In this document: positions 1-8,589 of the stretch, one piece after another | How positions within the stretch are numbered: position 1 is the stretch's first letter | Layout: each line of letters opens with the position of its first letter | Origin: SAR202 cluster bacterium bin16 | GTDB lineage: Bacteria > Chloroflexota > Dehalococcoidia > Lucifugimonadales > Australimonadaceae | DNA: 64,000 nt | NCBI GenBank assembly: GCA_002238425.1 | Contig: MPMJ01000010.1 | Location: forward strand, 4,491-68,490 | Direction of reading: 5' to 3' | Translations under genes and position numbers: made by a program | Notes under the pieces: model-generated | Database searches by the model: none | The model's input: the letters and a program-made list of their open reading frames with translations, nothing else | Told to the model about the DNA's origin: nothing

Positions 1-297
1 CTGGAAGACCGGGATGGTGCGCGACACTTCATTCCAGTAGAGAACGCGTATCAGGAACTGCGCGCTGAGGCCGAACACCACGCCCGAGACGAGCGCCCAG
101 AGTACGGGTTCCCACTCCGCTCCGTCCGGCACGCGGACGGCGGCCAGCACGACGACCCCGACGAACGTCTGCGCGATGCCGATGAGCAGCGGCAGCGTGT
201 GGGGCGTGGTGGCATAGCGGTAGATGACGGTCTTGTCGAAGATGCTGACGATCCCGGAGATCGCCGCACCCGCAAGCGCGATGACTACCCAGGACAA
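1..297 (-). CDS. DMT/EamA-like membrane protein, N-terminal part (gene runs off left edge)
   Basis: The frame is open to the window edge, so it is absent from the ORF track. My translation from TTG 295-297 reads LSWVVIALAGAAISGIVSIFDKTVIYRYATTPHTLPLLIGIAQTFVGVVVLAAV... It has hydrophobic helices and GC-rich third positions. It begins 3 nt after the upstream gene's stop. Confidence 0.5.
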   Translation of the reverse strand, partial: MSWVVIALAGAAISGIVSIFDKTVIYRYATTPHTLPLLIGIAQTFVGVVVLAAVRVPDGAEWEPVLWALVSGVVFGLSAQFLIRVLYWNEVSRTIPVFQ

Positions 298-300
298 AAT

Positions 301-2019
301 CTAGCCCGCCGCTCCGTTCCCGTTCTTCGCCTCGTACCGCGAGTTGCGGACTACGTGGCCGGGAAGCGCGCCGGTGTGCACGCCGTCCTCAAGCAGCACC
401 TGCCCGTTGACGATGGTGTACGGGATACCGTGCGCCACCTGCTTCAGCCGCATGGAGCCGCCGGGCAGGTCGTAGGCCTCTTCGGAGGGGTCGAGCCCGA
501 GGTTCTCGTAGTCCATCACGAGCACGTCGGCTTTGCTGCCGGGGGTGAGCCTGCCGCGTCCCGGCGTGCCGAAGATGTCCGCAGGGAACGAAGTGAGGCG
601 CCGCACGCCCTCCTCTACCGGCATGATGCCCTTGTCGCGCACCCAGTGGCTGAGGAAGTGAACGCCGTAGCCGTAGCCACCCTCCCGCACGACGTGCGCG
701 CCGGAGTCCGACAGGCCGATGAGGGTGTGCTCGTCGTTGAGGATGGCGGCCATCGCATCGTCGTCGTTGTTCTGCTGGTTGCGCGCGCACCACGTCTTCA
801 TCTCCTCTTCGACGGCGAGGTCGAGGAATGCGTCCATGGCACTGATGCCGCGCTGCGCGCCGAGTTCGGCGGCGGTCATACCCGCGAGGCCCTTGTTCTT
901 CTCCAGAGCGGGCTTGACGATGACGACGTGGTCCCACCGCCCGGAGAAGCCGAGCGCGGTGGTGTCGCTGCGCTCCGCAACCTCCTTCGCGAGCTGCGGG
1001 CGGAGCGAGGCGTCGGCGAACGCTGCGACGCGCTCCTCAGTGCTGCTGTTCATGATGCGCTTCCAAGTGGGCATGAAGTTGAAGAACTCCGCGCTGTCCA
1101 TCTGGAAGAAGCGCAGGCCGGGGCGCGGGTTGATCTGCGGGTATATGCGGGCTGCGCTGCGTGCAGCGACATCCGCGAGGTGGGCGAGGTGCTCCCGCCA
1201 CTTGTCCGGACGGAGCACACTCTGCGTGATGGAGAGGTAGGTCACGGGACGACCGCTGATCTCCGACATCTTCGTGCAGATGCCTTCGGTCAGCTCGAGG
1301 TCCGTCGGGTCGCCGACCTGGATGACGCCGGTGTCGAGGTCGCGCAGCGCGCCAGCGACGGCGTACAACTCGTCGATGGAGGCGATGTTCGCAGGGAGGA
1401 GCTTGCCGTCCATGCCAGCGTGCCGAGGATTGCGGTCGAACGATATGCCGAGGGCGCCTGCCTCGACGCTGTCGCGCACCGCGGCCTGGATCGCCTCGAT
1501 CTCGTCGCCGGTGGCCTCGCGCTCCTGGGAGTCGGCGCCCATGACCCAGCGGCGGACCGCGGAGTGGCCGACCATCACGCCATAGTTGATGCCCAGGTTG
1601 TTGTCGAGCGAGCCAAGGTAGTCGCCGAACGTGCGCCAGCCCCACGGCACGCCGTTCATCAGCACGTCGTAGGGGATGGCCTCGACCTTCGCCAGCATGC
1701 CGGCGAGCGCGGCTTCGTCGCCCTCGCGCACGGGCGCTAGCGTCAGGGAGCAGTTGCCGCTGACGACGGTCGTGACGCCGTTGTAGCAGGAGAATGTGCA
1801 GAGGGGGTCGAACGTCACCTGGCCGTCGTAGTGGGTGTGGTGGTCGATGAAGCCGGGGGTGACGACGCAGCCGCTGGCGTCGATCTCGCGTGACGCGGGG
1901 CCGTCCAACTGCCCAACGGCAGCGACGCGGCCGCCCGCGATGCCGACGTCGGCAACCTGCGGGGCATCGCCCGTGCCGTCCACAACGAGGCCGCCCTTGA
2001 TGAGCAGGTCGAACGCCAT
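301..2019 (-). CDS. D-aminoacylase / N-acyl-D-amino-acid deacylase family amidohydrolase
   Basis: 572-aa ORF. N-terminus is MAFDLLIKGGLVVDGTG...GRVAAVG, followed by the metal-ligand motif PGFIDHHTHYDGQ typical of this amidohydrolase family. Confidence 0.85.
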   Translation of the reverse strand: MAFDLLIKGGLVVDGTGDAPQVADVGIAGGRVAAVGQLDGPASREIDASGCVVTPGFIDHHTHYDGQVTFDPLCTFSCYNGVTTVVSGNCSLTLAPVREGDEAALAGMLAKVEAIPYDVLMNGVPWGWRTFGDYLGSLDNNLGINYGVMVGHSAVRRWVMGADSQEREATGDEIEAIQAAVRDSVEAGALGISFDRNPRHAGMDGKLLPANIASIDELYAVAGALRDLDTGVIQVGDPTDLELTEGICTKMSEISGRPVTYLSITQSVLRPDKWREHLAHLADVAARSAARIYPQINPRPGLRFFQMDSAEFFNFMPTWKRIMNSSTEERVAAFADASLRPQLAKEVAERSDTTALGFSGRWDHVVIVKPALEKNKGLAGMTAAELGAQRGISAMDAFLDLAVEEEMKTWCARNQQNNDDDAMAAILNDEHTLIGLSDSGAHVVREGGYGYGVHFLSHWVRDKGIMPVEEGVRRLTSFPADIFGTPGRGRLTPGSKADVLVMDYENLGLDPSEEAYDLPGGSMRLKQVAHGIPYTIVNGQVLLEDGVHTGALPGHVVRNSRYEAKNGNGAAG

Positions 2020-2093
2020 CGCACACCTCCGCTGGAGCGTTGGGGGTATGTTACACCCTGTGGGAGCAGGTACGACGCGCAGTACGCAGTGGC

Positions 2094-3779
2094 TCAGTCC
2101 GCGAGCGCCTCGGCGACCTCCGCCTCGGTGAGGCCGTAGACCTCCATCGCCTTCTGCGGGGTGACAAGGCCGTCCTGGATGTCGCCCTTGACCAGTTCGC
2201 GATCGCGCTCGGCGGGGGGCAGGACGCCGCCGCCACCGCCCGTCTCGATGCTGAAGACCTCGCCGGGCTGCATGCCGAGGTTGGAGGCGATGCCGGGGTA
2301 GCGCTCCTCGCGGTCGGTGCCGGGGTGCACGACGACGTAGGCGTTCGAGCCGTTGCCTCCGCCCTCCATGCCCGCGGCCTCGCGCTTGGCTGCGCCGCCG
2401 GAGAGACGGCCGCCGGAGCGGACCTTGTACTCGCGCACGTAGCCGGGGCCGCCGCGCGACTTGCCGTCGCCGCCGGTGTCGGGGAGCACTTCGAAGCGCG
2501 TCATGTCGACCGGGAACTCGGACTCGATGATCTCGACGCTCGTGAAGCGTCCACCGCTAGCTCGCGCGCCGACGCCGGAGAAGCCGTCGCCGCCGTCGAA
2601 TGCGCGGGCGCCGGCGTACATCAACTCGTACTGCACGTACTGGCGGTCGCCGTCGCCCTGGTAGCCGATGACGATGGAACTCTGCGTGGAGCCGTGGGCG
2701 AGCGTGGGCTGTCCGGCGGCCTTCGCGACGGCGGTCATGATGACGCTCTCGGCGATGGCCATGGTCTTGGAGTAGAAGCCGACGGGACCGGGGAACTCCG
2801 GCGAGATGATGCTGCCCGGCCGGAAACGGCATTCGATGGCATTGGCGAGTCCGTGGTTGATGGGGAGGTAGGGGTCGGTCATGCAGATGACGCCGTTGTA
2901 GACGAGGCCACGGATGAATGGTTCGCGCACGTTGATGGGGGCTGCGGCCTGGTCGCCGGTGGCAGTGAAGTCGACGATGAGCCGGTCGCCCTCCTTGATG
3001 GCGGCCGCGTGGAGGCGGATGGGTTTGCCGGGGTTGGAGGGGTCGTCCACCCAAGTCTCGGACTCGCTGACGCCGTCCTTCCAGCGGGAGATGTACTCGC
3101 GGGCCTGCTGCTCGGTCCGCTCGCCGAGGTCCTCGAACATCTGGAGGAGGGTTTCCTTGCCGTAGGTGCGGAGGGCGTCCTTCACGCGCTCCTCGCCGAT
3201 GGTGAAGCAGACGCCGGCCTTTGCCGAGAGGTCGCCGATCATCATCTCGGGCACGCGGCTGTTGGCGCGCACGAACGACGCGGTGTCCTGCACGAGTTCG
3301 TAGTTGCGCATGTAGCGCACGGGCATGATCTGCAGGCCCTCGCCGAAGATGTCGCGGGAAGTGGCGTTGCGGCTGCCCGCGGACACCCCACCGATGTCCG
3401 GCGTGTGGCCCATGCTCGCGGCGAAGCCAATGACCTCTTTCTCGTGGAAGATGGGGGTCATGATGACCATGTCGTTGGCGTGGGGGCATCCACTGTAGTA
3501 GGGGTGGTTCGCGAGGAAGGCGTCGCCCTCGGCCATGTCGTCGAGGCTGTAGAACTGCAGCAGCCCCTTGATCGACTCGGGGTAGGCGGCCATGTGCCCA
3601 GGGTGGAACGACTGGCCGACGAGCCGCCCCTGCCTGTCGAGCACGCCGCAGCTGAAGTCGTGCGACTCGCGGACGATGGTCGAGTAGCCGGTGCGGAAGA
3701 CCGCCTTCTCCATCTCGCGGACGATGCCGTCCAGCCGTGCCCTGAGGACCTCGTAGGTGATGGGGTCTACGCGTGCCAT
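2094..3779 (-). CDS. hyuB: hydantoinase B / oxoprolinase family protein
   Basis: 561-aa ORF starting MARVDPITYEVLRARLDGIVREME...GYSTIVRESHDFSCGVLD, characteristic of the HyuB/OplaH B subunit. It lies 12 nt downstream of hyuA. Confidence 0.9.
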   Translation of the reverse strand: MARVDPITYEVLRARLDGIVREMEKAVFRTGYSTIVRESHDFSCGVLDRQGRLVGQSFHPGHMAAYPESIKGLLQFYSLDDMAEGDAFLANHPYYSGCPHANDMVIMTPIFHEKEVIGFAASMGHTPDIGGVSAGSRNATSRDIFGEGLQIMPVRYMRNYELVQDTASFVRANSRVPEMMIGDLSAKAGVCFTIGEERVKDALRTYGKETLLQMFEDLGERTEQQAREYISRWKDGVSESETWVDDPSNPGKPIRLHAAAIKEGDRLIVDFTATGDQAAAPINVREPFIRGLVYNGVICMTDPYLPINHGLANAIECRFRPGSIISPEFPGPVGFYSKTMAIAESVIMTAVAKAAGQPTLAHGSTQSSIVIGYQGDGDRQYVQYELMYAGARAFDGGDGFSGVGARASGGRFTSVEIIESEFPVDMTRFEVLPDTGGDGKSRGGPGYVREYKVRSGGRLSGGAAKREAAGMEGGGNGSNAYVVVHPGTDREERYPGIASNLGMQPGEVFSIETGGGGGVLPPAERDRELVKGDIQDGLVTPQKAMEVYGLTEAEVAEALAD

Positions 3780-3790
3780 GGCGGAACCTC

Positions 3791-5845
3791 CTAGGTCACG
3801 TCGATGATGATGTTGAGGTAATCGTCCACGAGGGCGCGCTGGCCGGGGTAGACGACGGTCGTCGAGTCCAACTGGTCAACGATAGCGGGGCCGTCGAATC
3901 GGTGGCTCGGTGCAAGGAGGGCGCGGTCGTAGACAGGGCAAGGGACCATGCCCTGCGCGCTGTCGAAGCAGACGTCTCGCTCACCCACGCGCGCAACGCG
4001 GGAGTCCGTGTCGGCGTGGGCCTGCCGCTTGAGCGTCGCCTTGGGGACGACGGCGGAGGCGCGCAGCCGGTAGTTGACGGCTTCGGCTTCCTCGTCCGCC
4101 GCAGCGTGGCCGAACATCTGCTCGTGCATCGCATCGAAGCGCGTTCGCGCGGTGGCTACGTCCTGCTGCGAGACTTCGCTCTCCGATCCCAGCGGTATCG
4201 TGAGCTCGTAGCCCTGGCCTAGGTAGCGGACGTCTATGCCGAATTCCAGCACCAGCTGGTCCAGCGCATAGCCCTCGGACGTGAACTCGACTTCAGCCTG
4301 CGCACGGAGGTCCTGCATGGTGGCGGTCAGTTCGGTTGCGTCCAGTTCCGACATGAGGCGAAGGCGGGAGCGGACGTAGTCGTGGCGGGGGTCGGCCATG
4401 AGCAGGCCGAGCGCCGAGGTGACGCCGGGTGCGGGCGGGACGATGACCTTCGACATCTTGAGGTCGGCGGCGAGCCTGCCGGACGGCACCGGCCCTGCTC
4501 CGCCGAAGGCCACGAGCACGAAATCGCGGAGGTCGTAGCCTTGCTCGGTGGAGACGGCACGGATGCCCTCCTCCATCTTGGCGTTGATGATGCGGATGAT
4601 GCCCTCTGCCGTCTCCAGCGTGCCGAGTCCAAGCCGTCCGGCCATCTCCGCGATGGCGCGCTCGGCACCGTCGCGGTCGAGGCTGACGCGTCCGGCAAGT
4701 TTCGACTCAGGGTTCAGGAAACCAAGCACGAGGTTCGCGTCGGTGACGGTCGGCTGCACGCCGCCCTTGCCGTAGGCAACAGGGCCGGGGTCGGCGCCGG
4801 CGCTCTCCGGCCCAACGCGCAGGCCGCCGCCGGACTCGACCGTCGCGATGGTGCCGCCACCCGCGCCGATGGTGTTGATCATGAGCATGGGGACCGCGAG
4901 CTCCCAATCGCCGATGCGTCCGCTCGTCGTCTCGAGGACGCGTCCCTGCTGGCCAAGGGCGATGTCCGTGCTCGTCCCTCCCATGTCCAGCGAGACGACG
5001 TTATCGAAGCCCGCCGTGGATGCGACGGCCATCGCCGCCATCGCTCCGGCGCAGGGGCCGGAGAGGACGGTCGTTACCGGCGTGACGCTGCCGATGCGGG
5101 CGACGCCGCCGTTGCTCTGCATCACGTAAAGGGCGTCGCTCGTCACCTGTTCGGCGCGGATGCGCTCCTCCAGCGTGGCGAGGTACGTGCCCATCTTCGG
5201 CGATATGTAGGCGTTCGCGACCGTCGTGCTGAGGCGCGGGAACTCGCGCATCTGGGGGAGCACCTTCGAGGAGATCGAGACGGTCGTTCCCGGGAGTTCG
5301 CGCTCGATGATCTCGGCGATGCGCTCCTCGTGGGCCGGGTTGAGAAACGAGAAGAGGAGCACGACGGCGATGGACTCCACTCCCCGCCGTCCGAGAGAGC
5401 GCACGGCTTCCACGGCAGCGTCCTCGTCCAACGGAACGACGGCCTCGCCCTTGTAGTTCACGCGTTCCTTCGCCTCGCGGCGGTAGCGCGGAAGCACGGG
5501 CGGCTTCTTCTCCACGTAGACGCTCGTGGCGCGCGAGGAGTCTTCGCTGGGCGCGAGGTGCCAGACGTCGTTGATCGCGCCGAATCCCTCGGTAACGAAC
5601 AGGCCCACGTGCGCGCCCGCGCCGGTGAGCAAAGCATTTGTGCCGACTGTGGTGCCGTGGGAGAGGGAGAGCACGTCGGCAGGGGCGACGCCATTGACGA
5701 ACGTCTCGCGTATGCCGTCGATGATGGCCCTGCCGGGCTCGTCGGGCGTGGATGGGAGTTTCAGCACGGAGAGGGCACCGGTGTCCTGGTCCAGGACGAC
5801 CATATCCGTGAAAGTGCCGCCGGTATCTACTGCGATAGCCTTCAT
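3791..5845 (-). CDS. hyuA: hydantoinase A / oxoprolinase family protein
   Basis: 684-aa ORF starting MKAIAVDTGGTFTDMVVLD (ASKHA-fold ATP motif), with a later DMGGTSTD motif. Confidence 0.9.
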   Translation of the reverse strand: MKAIAVDTGGTFTDMVVLDQDTGALSVLKLPSTPDEPGRAIIDGIRETFVNGVAPADVLSLSHGTTVGTNALLTGAGAHVGLFVTEGFGAINDVWHLAPSEDSSRATSVYVEKKPPVLPRYRREAKERVNYKGEAVVPLDEDAAVEAVRSLGRRGVESIAVVLLFSFLNPAHEERIAEIIERELPGTTVSISSKVLPQMREFPRLSTTVANAYISPKMGTYLATLEERIRAEQVTSDALYVMQSNGGVARIGSVTPVTTVLSGPCAGAMAAMAVASTAGFDNVVSLDMGGTSTDIALGQQGRVLETTSGRIGDWELAVPMLMINTIGAGGGTIATVESGGGLRVGPESAGADPGPVAYGKGGVQPTVTDANLVLGFLNPESKLAGRVSLDRDGAERAIAEMAGRLGLGTLETAEGIIRIINAKMEEGIRAVSTEQGYDLRDFVLVAFGGAGPVPSGRLAADLKMSKVIVPPAPGVTSALGLLMADPRHDYVRSRLRLMSELDATELTATMQDLRAQAEVEFTSEGYALDQLVLEFGIDVRYLGQGYELTIPLGSESEVSQQDVATARTRFDAMHEQMFGHAAADEEAEAVNYRLRASAVVPKATLKRQAHADTDSRVARVGERDVCFDSAQGMVPCPVYDRALLAPSHRFDGPAIVDQLDSTTVVYPGQRALVDDYLNIIIDVT

Positions 5846-5951
5846 CTCGGTCCTGTGTCAGTAGGGATTAGCGGTCGGAGACTACCACAGGCCGCACGCG
5901 ACGGGCAGTGCGCTCCTCCGCAGCGCCGCCAAGAAGCGCCTGAGCGTGCGC

Positions 5952-5957
5952 TAGACT
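5952..5957 (+). promoter_or_regulatory. -10 box TAGACT, 6 nt before the plsY ATG (leaderless-type)
   Basis: TAGACT sits at 5952-5957 and the ATG at 5964. There is no Shine-Dalgarno sequence between them. Confidence 0.3.
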
Positions 5958-5963
5958 ACGCCC

Positions 5964-6524
5964 ATGCCGGTCTATGCTGCGGTTGCGGTCTCCATCGCCG
6001 CCGGTTATCTGCTCGGTTCCCTCCCGTGGGCGTACCTTGCTGCACGACGGAAGGGCATCGCCATCGGTGACGTGGATACGCGGATAGCGGGGACGGCTAA
6101 CGTATTCCGGCAGGTCGGGCGCCGGTGGGGAGTGCTGGTGTTCGTGGGGGACGCAGGCAAGGGGGCGGCGGCCGTTGCTCTGGCGAACGCCATCGGCGCG
6201 GAGGAGGCGCTCGCCCTGCCAGCGCTCGCCGCGGCTATGGCGGGACACAACTGGCCGCTGCTGGGGTTGTCGCGGCTGCCGGGCGGCGTGGGGCTCGCGA
6301 CACTCGCAGGCGGATGTTTCGGCGCCGCGTGGCTGATCGCGCTACCGTCGACGGCGGTCGGAGTCGCGATGATATTCATCCTGCGGAACACGGGTGTAGG
6401 AGCGGGGTTTGGACTCGCGCTCTACGCCGTGCTGGGAATCGTCACCGGTCTGGACCCGTGGCTGCTGGGCGGACTCGCAGCGCTGGGCGTGCTGGTGGTA
6501 GCGTGGGCGAAAGTGCGACGGTAG
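5964..6524 (+). CDS. plsY: glycerol-3-phosphate acyltransferase PlsY
   Basis: 186-aa multi-TM ORF. The segment AGYLLGSLPWAYL...GTANVFRQVG matches the PlsY signature. Confidence 0.9.
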   Translation: MPVYAAVAVSIAAGYLLGSLPWAYLAARRKGIAIGDVDTRIAGTANVFRQVGRRWGVLVFVGDAGKGAAAVALANAIGAEEALALPALAAAMAGHNWPLLGLSRLPGGVGLATLAGGCFGAAWLIALPSTAVGVAMIFILRNTGVGAGFGLALYAVLGIVTGLDPWLLGGLAALGVLVVAWAKVRR

Positions 6525-6538
6525 GACCGGAAGGAGCC

Positions 6539-6670
6539 CCAGAACGCCGACTCCTCCGCATGAGCTTGGTCAGGCGTTGCGTAGCTGATCCCAACGTCAT
6601 CGTACGCAGACGCCCCGAGCAGGCCGGTGAAATCGTTCGATCTCATGCGGGCCGCGCGCTTCGGGAAGAG
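6539..6670 (-). pseudogene. remnant copy of the 3' end of the adjacent MpaB-like gene
   Basis: The translation NDFTGLLGASAYDDVGISYATPDQAHAEESAFW aligns 19/33 with the C-terminus of the upstream gene (KDFSTLLVASAYDDAGLTYRLPDHAHDEQSGRW). It lies immediately downstream of that gene's stop, and its own stop codon is lost. Confidence 0.4.
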
Positions 6671-6677
6671 CTTGCCC

Positions 6678-7841
6678 TTACCACCTGCCGGACTGTTCAT
6701 CGTGCGCGTGGTCAGGCAACCGGTATGTCAGACCGGCGTCGTCGTAGGCAGACGCGACCAGAAGCGTCGAGAAGTCCTTAGCAGCTTCCTTGCGCAACCG
6801 TGTTCTCAGCTTCTGAATGCGCTGGTCCAGCCGGTACCAGAACAGCGCGAAAGGTAGTCCGCTCACAGGAAATTGCAGTTGGGCAGCGAGATTGCTCCCT
6901 ATGAGGCCGCGGGAAACGGGGTAGATGACCTTCTCCACCAGACTCTTCCGCGCCGCTGGGTCCGTGATGCCCGCGACCAGCGGGGCGGAGTTGATCAGCG
7001 CATTCGTCATGAGAATCGCCTCCTGCGTAGGGGGAGGCTCACAGATAGAGCCGATACGGTATATGTGCAGGGCGTGGCGCTCGTCGGTGAAGAGGATGGT
7101 TTCGGGGATGCCCATGAGGTACCCGGCATAGCGCCAGACATCGTGGAAACTGGCCCGCTCCTCTCTGCTGTAACTTGCTCCCAACGACTCCGAGTGCTTG
7201 ACGGCGCGCGCAGCGAAACAGGCAACCGAATAGCCCAAGTGCGCGGCGCTGATCGGCACTCCCCAGGCGTCGTGTTCCCATTCTTCGGTCTGCCCCAGCA
7301 GTCGGCGGACCTGGGCGTGCACGAACCGGATGCGGACAGAGAGTTTCCATCCGTCGCCATGCCGCTCCAGTCCACCAGGCCAGAAAATCTCCATCTGGTG
7401 CCGGTTGTTCTGCTTGAGCCGCCAGACCCCGTTGTCGAATATGCGCCCGGTTTGCACGAACGACTTGCTTATCAGCGTCGAAAAGCCGTCTATGAGCACG
7501 CCGGTGACGAAACCCGCAAGAATCGGGACTGCATTCCTTTGGAAGGAGCGGATGCCTGGGCCGAAGGCATTGTGATCGAGCCAGTCTGGGTCAGGCGGTG
7601 GCGCGTCGATGAAGAAGTCCCGCAGTAACTGAGGCGCGTTCCGCAAGCGGTCACGGTCCTCCTCCATACCGGCCCGGATGAACCGGTGGACCTGCTCCTG
7701 AGGCAGCGACGCCAACTCTTCCACGACCGCGTCCATGACCGGGTCGCCGATATTGGTGTGAGCGATGTAGTTGTCCGCAGCTTCTTTGTCGACAAGACGG
7801 GCCTTCTCGTAGCCTGCCTTGTAGTCGGATGGGATTTCCAT
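6678..7841 (-). CDS. DUF2236 / MpaB-type oxygenase family protein
   Basis: I trimmed the track ORF 6678..8303 to the ATG at 7839-7841, which is preceded by GAGG. The protein starts MEIPSDYKAGYEKARLVDKEAADNYIAH. The upstream part of the ORF is Arg/Gly-rich junk. The family call is from memory. Confidence 0.7.
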   Translation of the reverse strand: MEIPSDYKAGYEKARLVDKEAADNYIAHTNIGDPVMDAVVEELASLPQEQVHRFIRAGMEEDRDRLRNAPQLLRDFFIDAPPPDPDWLDHNAFGPGIRSFQRNAVPILAGFVTGVLIDGFSTLISKSFVQTGRIFDNGVWRLKQNNRHQMEIFWPGGLERHGDGWKLSVRIRFVHAQVRRLLGQTEEWEHDAWGVPISAAHLGYSVACFAARAVKHSESLGASYSREERASFHDVWRYAGYLMGIPETILFTDERHALHIYRIGSICEPPPTQEAILMTNALINSAPLVAGITDPAARKSLVEKVIYPVSRGLIGSNLAAQLQFPVSGLPFALFWYRLDQRIQKLRTRLRKEAAKDFSTLLVASAYDDAGLTYRLPDHAHDEQSGRW

Positions 7842-8015
7842 CAGCCCGCCTCGCTGCGTCTCATGGGGAGAAGGTACCGCTCTCGAAGGGTGGTTGTCTC
7901 CTTGGCTTGTTCCAATAATCCCCCTGACACGTCCGCTCCGGGCAGGATACAGCATAACTCTACTGCCGTCTGTCAACCAGCATGGGAGTCCACAGCTGTC
8001 GGCCGTCAATAGCGG

Positions 8016-8360
8016 ATGGTCGCGCCACCCGACGCGACCGCGGTGTCGCCGCTCACGAAGGACACCGCATCGCTGCACAGCCATGGCCCGCCCAACCTGC
8101 CGCTGGGGTACGTCGACGAGTTCCTCAGCCGCTGGTTCCTGGACTGCATCGAGCGCAACGACAGCGACGCGATGAAGAAGCTCTTCATTGTCGACTCGGA
8201 AACGGTGCGTGCGGGAAGCGGGGAGCTCCGGGCGTGAATTACTGTGGCCGACGCGATGGGCCGTCCCGCCAGCCTCCTGGACTACATAGCCCACGGGCGC
8301 CAAGTGTGCGGTCGGCTACGCCTACTGACCACCCGGTTGATGCCCGTCGAGCGGAGCTCC
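8016..8360 (+). pseudogene. NTF2/SnoaL-like gene remnant with an in-frame TGA at 8235-8237
   Basis: Strong GC3 coding signal. The segment ...LGYVDEFLSRWFLDCIERNDSDAMKKLFIVDSETVRAGSGELRA-TGA-ITVADAMGRPASLLDYIAHGRQV resembles the N-terminal half of SnoaL-like proteins. The coding signal decays before the opposite-strand tRNA. Confidence 0.3.
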
Positions 8361-8412
8361 CGATATGGCCGTGCTATCGGAGGAGGCCGCACTTCCGATG
8401 CGTGCTGGATAT

Positions 8413-8499
8413 TGGTGCCGAGGGTGGGACTCGAACCCACACGCCCTTTATGGACAGCAGATTTTAAGTCCGCGGCGTCTGCCATTCCGCCACCTCGGC
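8413..8499 (-). tRNA. tRNA-Leu (anticodon UAA), type II with long variable arm, CCA encoded
   Basis: Minus-strand sequence: GCCGAGGTGGCGGAATGGCAGACGCCGCGGACTTAAAATCTGCTGTCCATAAAGGGCGTGTGGGTTCGAGTCCCACCCTCGGCACCA. It has a 7-bp acceptor stem, anticodon loop CTTAAAA, the GGTTCGAGTCC T-arm and discriminator A. Confidence 0.9.
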
Positions 8500-8577
8500 A
8501 CGCTCGTACGATTATAAGGGATGAACGCTCGAAGACATCGGGCCGTGCGATTCCTTGCCGCACTCTCGCGTCATCCC

Positions 8578-8583
8578 TAACAT
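8578..8583 (+). promoter_or_regulatory. -10-like TAACAT, 6 nt before the selA ATG
   Basis: Judged on position only. There is no SD upstream of the ATG at 8590. Confidence 0.25.
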
Positions 8584-8589
8584 GAGCAC

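Noticed and set aside
199-1740. Long ORF (513 aa) antisense to the D-aminoacylase gene. Similar cases are 2040..3794, 4382..6070, 11369..13426, 19073..21157, 40711..41985 and 50126..51847.
   Set aside because: Their translations are Arg/Gly/Ala/Asp-rich low-complexity strings with no recognisable motifs. Each lies opposite a gene with clear family signatures. This is the typical stop-codon-poor antisense frame of high-GC DNA.
7842-8303. The N-terminal 154-aa extension of ORF 6678..8303. Similar long extensions occur on 33132..34358, 37111..39057, 29645..30232 and 16932..18743.
   Set aside because: The extensions are Arg/Pro/Gly-rich with no family similarity. Internal ATGs with Shine-Dalgarno sequences coincide with the canonical N-termini of the recognised families.
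8500-8589. A search for tRNA-Sec (selC) next to selA and in the other intergenic regions.
   Set aside because: I saw no CTTCAAA-type anticodon loop with an 8-bp acceptor stem. The only tRNA is Leu(UAA). The scan was by eye only.
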